Below, one piece after another: positions 13,959 through 18,897 of a DNA stretch of 18,897 nucleotides. Made by a program: the position numbers and the translations under genes. The first letter of the stretch is position 1. Every line of letters starts with the position of its first letter. Source of the DNA: Breznakia sp. PF5-3 (GTDB lineage Bacteria; Bacillota_I; Bacilli_A; Erysipelotrichales; Erysipelotrichaceae); NCBI RefSeq assembly GCF_029504745.1, contig NZ_JAQFIQ010000044.1, positions 1 to 18,897 on the forward strand, read 5' to 3'. The notes beneath the pieces are model-generated. The model did no database searches. It worked only from the letters and a program-made list of their open reading frames with translations, and was not told the DNA's origin.

Positions 13959-14041
13959 ATTAAACAAAAAAGTTTAATATTTGTTGACTTAAACAAATAT
14001 GTTTAATATAATGAATATGACATTAAACATAAAAGTTTAGT
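13959..14041. promoter_or_regulatory. Three palindromic operator-like sites (TTAAAC-Nx-GTTTAA) in the repressor / xis-int divergent region
   Basis: O1 is ATTAAAC-aaaaaa-GTTTAAT at 13959-13978. O2 is TTAAACA-aata-TGTTTAA at 13989-14006. O3 is ATTAAAC-ataaaa-GTTTAGT at 14022-14041. O1 and O3 sit inside a roughly 25-nt direct repeat, GACATTAAACA(A/T)AAAAGTTTA(A/G)TATT. Confidence 0.6.
13984..14012 (+). promoter_or_regulatory. Near-consensus sigma-A promoter for xis-int-mob
   Basis: TTGACT (13984-13989), a 17-nt spacer, then TATAAT (14007-14012). The spacer is almost entirely the O2 palindrome. Confidence 0.65.
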
Positions 14042-14071
14042 ATTTACACAACAGATAATGGAGGTGAATAA

Positions 14072-14260
14072 ATGAAAAATGAGCATTTTTTAGATGCTAG
14101 TGAGGTTGCAGAATTGTTGAGTATGTCAAAACCTTATGCCTACAAGTTGATTCAGTCATTGAATAAAGAACTTAAAGCAAAAGGATACATCACTATACGA
14201 GGACGAATAAGCAAAGAATTTTTATTAAAGCATTTTTATGGATTAGAAAAGAAGAAGTAA
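14072..14260 (+). CDS. Excisionase-like / HTH_17 (MerR-type) small DNA-binding protein
   Basis: The 62-aa protein reads LDASEVAELLSMSKPYAYKLIQSLNKELKAKGYITIRGRISKEFLLKHF, which fits the Xis/AlpA-type HTH pattern. It lies immediately upstream of the integrase and has a GGAGGTG RBS. Confidence 0.7.
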   Translation: MKNEHFLDASEVAELLSMSKPYAYKLIQSLNKELKAKGYITIRGRISKEFLLKHFYGLEKKK

Positions 14261-14272
14261 AGGAGTGATCAT

Positions 14273-15355
14273 ATGCCAGTCTATAAAGACAAAAGTAAAG
14301 GAACATGGTATGCATCTTTCTATTTCAAGAATTGGAAAGGTGAGAATGAAAAAAAATTGAAAAGAGGCTTTCAAACGAAGAAGGCTGCAAAAGAATGGGA
14401 ACAATCGTTTAAAGCACAGAAGACACTGGATTTTGATATGAAGTTTGAGGACTTTATCGAGATTTATAAGAATGATATGAAACAAAGAGTTAAGTTAAGT
14501 ACATGGATGACAAAAGAACAGATTATTAATAAAAAAGTAATACCATATTTCAAGAATAAGAAAATGAACTTAATTAAGACTTCAGATATTATCGCATGGC
14601 AAAATGAAATGATTGGGTTTAAACAAAAAAATGGAATGCCTTATTCTAAATGTTACTTAAAAACTCTACACAATCAACTTAGTGCAATATTTAATCATGC
14701 AGTTCGATTTTATGATTTGAAACAAAATCCTGCGAAGAAAGCAGGGAATATGGGAAAGAATTCAAGAAGAGAAATGAACGTTTGGAGTAAAGATGAGTAT
14801 TCAAGATTTTCAGATTCTATGATGGATAAAGAAATCTCATATCATGCTTTTCAAATGCTGTATTGGTGTGGTATTCGATTAGGAGAAATGCTTGCGCTGA
14901 CAGGTCAAGATTTTGATTTTAATAAGAATACAGTTTCCATTAATAAAACATATCAGCGTATTGGTGGTGTAGATTATATAACTTCTCCTAAAACAGAAAA
15001 AAGTAATCGAGTTGTACAGATGCCTAGTTTCTTAGCAGAAGAAATGAAAGACTATATTGATAAAATATACCATCTGAAAAAAGACCAACGAGTGTTTCAT
15101 GTGTCGAAGTCTTATATTGAACGAGAAATGAGGCGAGGTATTAAAGAGCAAAAGCTACATTACATTCGAGTTCATGATTTAAGACATTCCCATGTGTCAC
15201 TGCTAATTGAAATGGGGTTTAGTGCTGTAGCTATCGCTGATAGAGTTGGTCATGAAAGTATAGAAATTACATATCAATATGCTCACTTGTTTCCAACTAA
15301 GCAGGGAGATATAGCAAATAAATTGGATAGTTTTATGAAGGAGGTGATTATATAA
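14273..15355 (+). CDS. int: Tyrosine site-specific integrase
   Basis: The N-terminal arm-binding-type segment is PVYKDKSKGTWYASFYF. The catalytic residues are in context: WCGIRLGE (Arg), HDLRHSH (His-x-x-Arg) and GHESIEITYQYAHL (His and the Tyr nucleophile). Confidence 0.92.
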   Translation: MPVYKDKSKGTWYASFYFKNWKGENEKKLKRGFQTKKAAKEWEQSFKAQKTLDFDMKFEDFIEIYKNDMKQRVKLSTWMTKEQIINKKVIPYFKNKKMNLIKTSDIIAWQNEMIGFKQKNGMPYSKCYLKTLHNQLSAIFNHAVRFYDLKQNPAKKAGNMGKNSRREMNVWSKDEYSRFSDSMMDKEISYHAFQMLYWCGIRLGEMLALTGQDFDFNKNTVSINKTYQRIGGVDYITSPKTEKSNRVVQMPSFLAEEMKDYIDKIYHLKKDQRVFHVSKSYIEREMRRGIKEQKLHYIRVHDLRHSHVSLLIEMGFSAVAIADRVGHESIEITYQYAHLFPTKQGDIANKLDSFMKEVII

Positions 15356-15684
15356 TGATGCCAAAAAAACAAGATGATCGGAATCGTTTCAGAGGGTACA
15401 CTACAGGATTTCGAATGTCAAAAGAGGAACATGATGAATTAAATAAAAGAGTAGAGCTATCAGGGCTCACTAAACAAGACTATATGATTAAAAAAGCCCT
15501 GGACAAGGAAATTGTAGTAATAGGAAATAAACGAACGTACAAGGCTCTTAAAAACCGTCTAGGAGAGTTTAACCAGTTACTTAAGGAGTATATAAAAACG
15601 AATACAGTTATTGATGAAGAAGTATTTGAAATGATGCAATTCACTATGAAGATTTTGAAAGGTCTAAGCATAGATGATGATTAA
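15355..15684 (+). CDS. MobC-like / ribbon-helix-helix relaxosome accessory protein (tentative)
   Basis: TTGFRMSKEEHDELNKRVELSGLTKQDYMIKKAL fits the RHH-type fRls-eE-l-a-sG-s-yir pattern. Its ATG overlaps the int stop (TAATGATG). Confidence 0.5.
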   Translation: MMPKKQDDRNRFRGYTTGFRMSKEEHDELNKRVELSGLTKQDYMIKKALDKEIVVIGNKRTYKALKNRLGEFNQLLKEYIKTNTVIDEEVFEMMQFTMKILKGLSIDDD

Positions 15685-15716
15685 TTTAATGGTGTCTTAA
15701 TGTAGTAGCAAGCAAC

Positions 15717-15759
15717 GTCTTTTGTACCCAAAAGACAACTTGTTAGGGATTATCCCTAA
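15717..15759. promoter_or_regulatory. Candidate oriT: two adjacent inverted repeats
   Basis: IR1 is GTCTTTTG-tacc-CAAAAGAC at 15717-15736. IR2 is TTAGGGAT-t-ATCCCTAA at 15743-15759. Both lie in the 118-bp gap directly upstream of mobC and the relaxase. I did not identify a nic site. Confidence 0.5.
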
Positions 15760-15802
15760 GACCCTTTAAAAGAAAATGAATAGGAATGGAGATGATAAAT
15801 GA

Positions 15803-16117
15803 ATGATAAGAAGAGAGAAAGAAATTAAGGTTAGGTTGAGTGATGACGAGTATGCATCACTCAACAACAAAGTAAGATTATGTAAGTGTAGTAGAGAAAA
15901 GTATATTAGAAATGTACTTAATGATTTTGAAATTAAAATGCCACTACCAATTGAATATTATCAGTTATTAAAAGAGGTTAATCATATTGGTAATAATTTG
16001 AATCAATTAGTGAAGTTAGGATATGTAAAACCTTTAAACGAAATTGATGTTGTAATAGTAATAAAAGATATAAATAATATCATGCAACGTATTGATAATG
16101 AATTTAGAGGAGCATAA
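15803..16117 (+). CDS. mobC: Mobilisation relaxosome protein MobC
   Basis: IKVRLSDDEYASLNNKV (RHH-like) is followed by the MobC signature HIGNNLNQLVK. The gene lies directly upstream of the relaxase. Confidence 0.8.
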   Translation: MIRREKEIKVRLSDDEYASLNNKVRLCKCSREKYIRNVLNDFEIKMPLPIEYYQLLKEVNHIGNNLNQLVKLGYVKPLNEIDVVIVIKDINNIMQRIDNEFRGA

Positions 16118-16124
16118 TAGATAA

Positions 16125-17426
16125 GTGGCTACTACAAAACTATGGAAAGTCAAAGGAAGGTTGGATGCTCCAATCAACTATGTAATCAATGATGATAAGA
16201 CTGCATTTACTGATGTGATTGAATATGCAACACACGAAAGTAAGACAGTCAATGTAGAGTTAATTAGTACGATTAATTGTTTGCAAGATAATCCTATACA
16301 GGCAATGATGAATACAAAGAAATTGTTCAAGGATAACAAAGAGATTATATGCTTTCATGGATATCAAAGCTTTCATGGATATGAAATTGAACCAGAAGTA
16401 GCACACCAAATAGGAGTAGAGTTAGCAAATAGACTATGGGGTGAGAAGTATGAAGTTGTAATAACAACCCATATTGATACCAATAACATACATAACCATT
16501 TTGTGTTGAATTCTACTTCTATGGTTGATGGAAAAAGATTTACCAATAGCAAAAAAGATTATCACGATATGAGAACTGTATCAGATGAACTTTGCAACCA
16601 ACATGGATTGTCAATTATTGAAGAGAAATCTTATCAATCAAAAAGTAGAAATTCTTATAGAAATGATATATCCATAAGAAGTAAAATCAAGAAAGATATA
16701 TCTGAAGTAATAAAAAAAGTATTTACAACTAGACAATTATTCAGGGAACTTGAAGGCATTGGATATGAAATTAAAGAGACAAATAAAAATATATCGCTAA
16801 AACATCCAGAACATAAAAAGTTTATTCGACTATCTTCTTTAGGTGATAAATATCAAATAGATGAAATACAAGACTATCTGTCATCAAGAGCACCTATCAG
16901 AGATGATAATACTATATATGATAGGAAACAGTTTGATATTGACCCATATATACATAAGTACAGAAATGGTAATCTTACTGGCTTACAAAAAGTATACATA
17001 AGATATCAATATATGTTAGGGATAGTTCCAAAATCAACAAATAGAAATATTAAGTATTCTAAAGAGCTAAGAAAAGCAATAAGATACATGGATACAATAT
17101 CTGATCAAACAATTTTGCTATGTAGAAACAATTTAAATACATTTACAGATTTGAAGAATCATGAAGAGCTTTTAAATAATGAGTTGAATTTATTATTACA
17201 GAATAGACAACAATATTACAATAAAATAAGAAGATGTAATGATAATAATCTTAAGGATGAAATGAAATCTGAAGCTAAAAAAATAACACCAAAGATTAAG
17301 AGTGTTAGAAAACAAATTAAATTATGTACAGGAATTGAAGATCGGTCAATAAGAATGAAAGAATTTGAATTAGAAATTAAGTCAGCACAGAAAAGTAAAG
17401 GAGTAAAAGAATATGAAAGAAATTAA
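16125..17426 (+). CDS. Relaxase/mobilisation nuclease (MobA/VirD2-type, PF03432-like)
   Basis: It carries the histidine-triad motif HIDTNNIHNHFVLNS (HxDx4HxH), an N-terminal Tyr region (APINYVIND), and a K/N-rich coiled-coil-like C-terminus. The GTG start at 16125 is taken from the track, and the RBS spacing is long, so the exact start is uncertain. Confidence 0.82.
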   Translation: MATTKLWKVKGRLDAPINYVINDDKTAFTDVIEYATHESKTVNVELISTINCLQDNPIQAMMNTKKLFKDNKEIICFHGYQSFHGYEIEPEVAHQIGVELANRLWGEKYEVVITTHIDTNNIHNHFVLNSTSMVDGKRFTNSKKDYHDMRTVSDELCNQHGLSIIEEKSYQSKSRNSYRNDISIRSKIKKDISEVIKKVFTTRQLFRELEGIGYEIKETNKNISLKHPEHKKFIRLSSLGDKYQIDEIQDYLSSRAPIRDDNTIYDRKQFDIDPYIHKYRNGNLTGLQKVYIRYQYMLGIVPKSTNRNIKYSKELRKAIRYMDTISDQTILLCRNNLNTFTDLKNHEELLNNELNLLLQNRQQYYNKIRRCNDNNLKDEMKSEAKKITPKIKSVRKQIKLCTGIEDRSIRMKEFELEIKSAQKSKGVKEYERN

Positions 17427-17760
17427 ATATACTAAAATAGGAGACTATGAATTTCCTAATTTAATAATTGATAAAAAAGAAACTTTAGGTAGGTATGGAA
17501 TAATGAGGCAAAAATATTTAAGAGAAAATACATACCCAAAATATAAAGTAATGAAATTTAATAATACATTATATGATCATCTTCATAGAGTTGAAGAAGA
17601 GGCAAACGACTTATATGACCAATTATTAAACGATTATAAAAAACAAAGGAATATCACAGAAAGCTTGAAAGAAAAAAATCAATTATTATGGATTGGTGAA
17701 ATGAACAATATAAAAAACTGTATTGAAGAAATTATTATCAATGAAATGATCCACGTGTAG
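17413..17760 (+). CDS. tnpV: TnpV-like transposon-encoded protein
   Basis: YTKIGDYEFPNL...LGRYGIMRQKYLRE...LYDHLHRVEEEAN...ITESLKEKNQLLWIGEMNNIKNCIEEIIINEMI matches the TnpV pattern known from Tn4451-type clostridial elements. It overlaps the relaxase by 14 nt and has an AAAGGAG RBS. Confidence 0.78.
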   Translation: MKEIKYTKIGDYEFPNLIIDKKETLGRYGIMRQKYLRENTYPKYKVMKFNNTLYDHLHRVEEEANDLYDQLLNDYKKQRNITESLKEKNQLLWIGEMNNIKNCIEEIIINEMIHV

Positions 17761-17780
17761 CCAAACAAACCCAGTCTATA

Positions 17781-17792
17781 AGTAGGAATAAT
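17781..17792. repeat. Candidate attR core
   Basis: AGTAGGAATAAT lies 21 nt after the tnpV stop. It is an 11/12 match to the guaA 3' end. The single mismatch is at the left edge, which fits a crossover within GGAATAAT. Confidence 0.5.
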
Positions 17793-17853
17793 GAAAGAAG
17801 TAGTTTCCTATTAATTATTGATAACTTTTTTAATTTGATACTGTTCTCATACT

Positions 17854-17891
17854 AAAAAGGTAATGTGTAATAATTTATACATTACCTTTTT
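17854..17891. terminator. Long hairpin terminator (bidirectional)
   Basis: AAAAAGGTAATGTGTAA (17854-17870) pairs with TTATACATTACCTTTTT (17875-17891), about 17 bp with one G-T wobble and a loop of TAAT. The A- and T-runs lie within the stem ends. It sits about 60 nt beyond the proposed attR, so it is plausibly the ancestral guaA terminator. Confidence 0.7.
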
Positions 17892-18097
17892 AGATGAAAA
17901 CTATCTATCAGAAAATATCTTCTCAAAAAATATGTGCTGTGATATTACAAAATAGCTCAATATTTTTAAATCAAAGAAATTAAAATAATCTAAAGTATGG
18001 AAAAGTAGAAAACTGTAACCGTTTTCAAAAAAATGAGATTATGGTATTATTTTAATAAGCATATATTATGATTTATTTAGAAAGGGGATAATTTATA

Positions 18098-18841
18098 ATG
18101 CAAAGAGGCTTTAATTATTTAATAGATATGCATGGCGAAGCAGGCGCTAGAGATATTTTTGAAAAAATTTGTATTCAAGTATTTCAACAATTATATGGTG
18201 AAGATGCGAAAGCAGTGAGAATTTCCCAAGGTGATGGGGGTATTGATATTTTAGTAGGTGATTTACCAACTCCCCAAAAGATTTATCAATGTAAGTTTTT
18301 TCCTATAAAAATCGGTTCTTCACAAAAAATGCAAATTAAAGAATCGTTTGAGACTGCAATTCGAAATTATTCACCAAAAGAGTGGATTCTTTGTTTACCA
18401 TTAGTGCTAAGTAAAGAAGAATTATTATGGTGGTCACAATGGAAATCTGAGAATGAGAATGATAACCTTTGTATTTCATTTTGTGATGGAAGTTATTTAA
18501 TAAACTTATTGAAGAAGTTTGGATTTTACTCTGAAATTTTTGATGATGATATTAGAGAGACCTTACAAATAATTCTAGATTATATGTCTGACTATAAAAA
18601 AGATGTTATTAACGAAATTATTTATGGATATGATGATGAAAATAATATTGTTAGTAACTACCAAGATAATATTTTTGTCAAAATGTTAGAAAGTGCAAAT
18701 ATAACAAATACTAAAGCATCTATTATTGAATTTTATAATGCAGAAATTGCAAAATATACGGTATTAAGTAAAGATGAAATAGAAGGTTTAAAAGCTTATA
18801 ACAATTCGCTTAATTCAACTAAGGAATACCTAAAGTATTAA
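18098..18841 (+). CDS. Mrr-like PD-(D/E)xK restriction-endonuclease-fold domain protein with an uncharacterised helical C-terminal region
   Basis: ARDIFEKICIQVFQQLYG...ISQGDGGIDILVG...KIYQCKFF follows the Mrr_cat pattern (FE...D-GiD...vQcK). AAAGGGG RBS is present. The C-terminal 120 aa are unassigned, and the gene ends 56 nt from the window edge. Confidence 0.6.
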   Translation: MQRGFNYLIDMHGEAGARDIFEKICIQVFQQLYGEDAKAVRISQGDGGIDILVGDLPTPQKIYQCKFFPIKIGSSQKMQIKESFETAIRNYSPKEWILCLPLVLSKEELLWWSQWKSENENDNLCISFCDGSYLINLLKKFGFYSEIFDDDIRETLQIILDYMSDYKKDVINEIIYGYDDENNIVSNYQDNIFVKMLESANITNTKASIIEFYNAEIAKYTVLSKDEIEGLKAYNNSLNSTKEYLKY

Positions 18842-18897
18842 AAAACGTTACAAACAGGTAATAAATTGAGCTTCTTTAAGGTTTGTCTTGAAATGTT

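Larger units (their letters stand above)
12930..17792. mobile_element. Integrative mobilizable element (~4.85 kb) inserted at the 3' end of guaA
   Basis: The block contains a contiguous integration/excision module (Xis-like HTH, tyrosine integrase), a mobilisation module (MobC-like, oriT-like inverted repeats, MobC, HxDx4HxH relaxase), TnpV and a repressor switch. It has no conjugation (T4SS/coupling protein) genes. It is bounded by AGTGGGAATAAT (12930-12941) and AGTAGGAATAAT (17781-17792). The boundaries are inferred, not proven. Confidence 0.7.

Noticed and set aside
14243-14485. 80-aa minus-strand ORF overlapping the xis end and int start
   Set aside because: It is antisense to the integrase N-terminus, and its Phe/Leu-rich sequence mirrors the lysine-rich sense frame.
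15480-15671. 63-aa minus-strand ORF inside the MobC-like gene
   Set aside because: Shadow ORF with no independent support.
1-18897. CRISPR arrays, tRNA/rRNA genes, IS elements with terminal inverted repeats
   Set aside because: I saw no regularly spaced direct repeats, no cloverleaf-like or rRNA-like conserved segments in the non-coding gaps, and no transposase-like ORFs. The IME therefore targets a protein-gene 3' end rather than a tRNA.

Overview
Low-GC, Bacillota-type chromosomal segment; I cannot assign a species from sequence alone. Reading left to right:
- 1-1.8 kb: the IIC and IID genes of a mannose-family PTS.
- 1.9-4.8 kb, minus strand: an operon of an XRE-family regulator, an ABC ATPase and an ABC-2 permease.
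- 5.1-9.4 kb: a divergently transcribed WxL cell-surface cluster (small WxL protein, DUF916/DUF3324 membrane-anchored protein, 834-aa WxL protein).
- 9.5-10.3 kb: a GNAT acetyltransferase and a GIY-YIG protein.
- 10.4-12.9 kb: a two-gene operon, a CofE-like (F420-ligase fold) protein and guaA. The glutamine-amidotransferase domain of this guaA is visibly vestigial.
- About 12.93-17.79 kb: a compact ~4.85-kb integrative mobilizable element (IME) that begins at the guaA stop codon. It carries a 3-TM protein, an XRE repressor, a three-operator switch, an Xis-like HTH protein, a tyrosine integrase, a MobC-like protein, a candidate oriT, MobC, a relaxase and TnpV. An imperfect 12-bp direct repeat brackets it and duplicates the guaA terminal codons.
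- 18.1-18.8 kb: a gene for a protein with an Mrr-like PD-(D/E)xK nuclease N-terminal domain, running up to the window edge.

I saw no rRNA, tRNA or CRISPR array. I did not recognise a complete, clearly novel multi-gene system. The candidates most worth follow-up are the GATase-less guaA with its CofE-like partner, the cargo-poor IME whose repressor module lacks an ImmA-type partner, the edge nuclease gene, and the WxL locus with its repeat-bearing regulatory region. All homology calls rest on motif recognition by eye, not on database searches.
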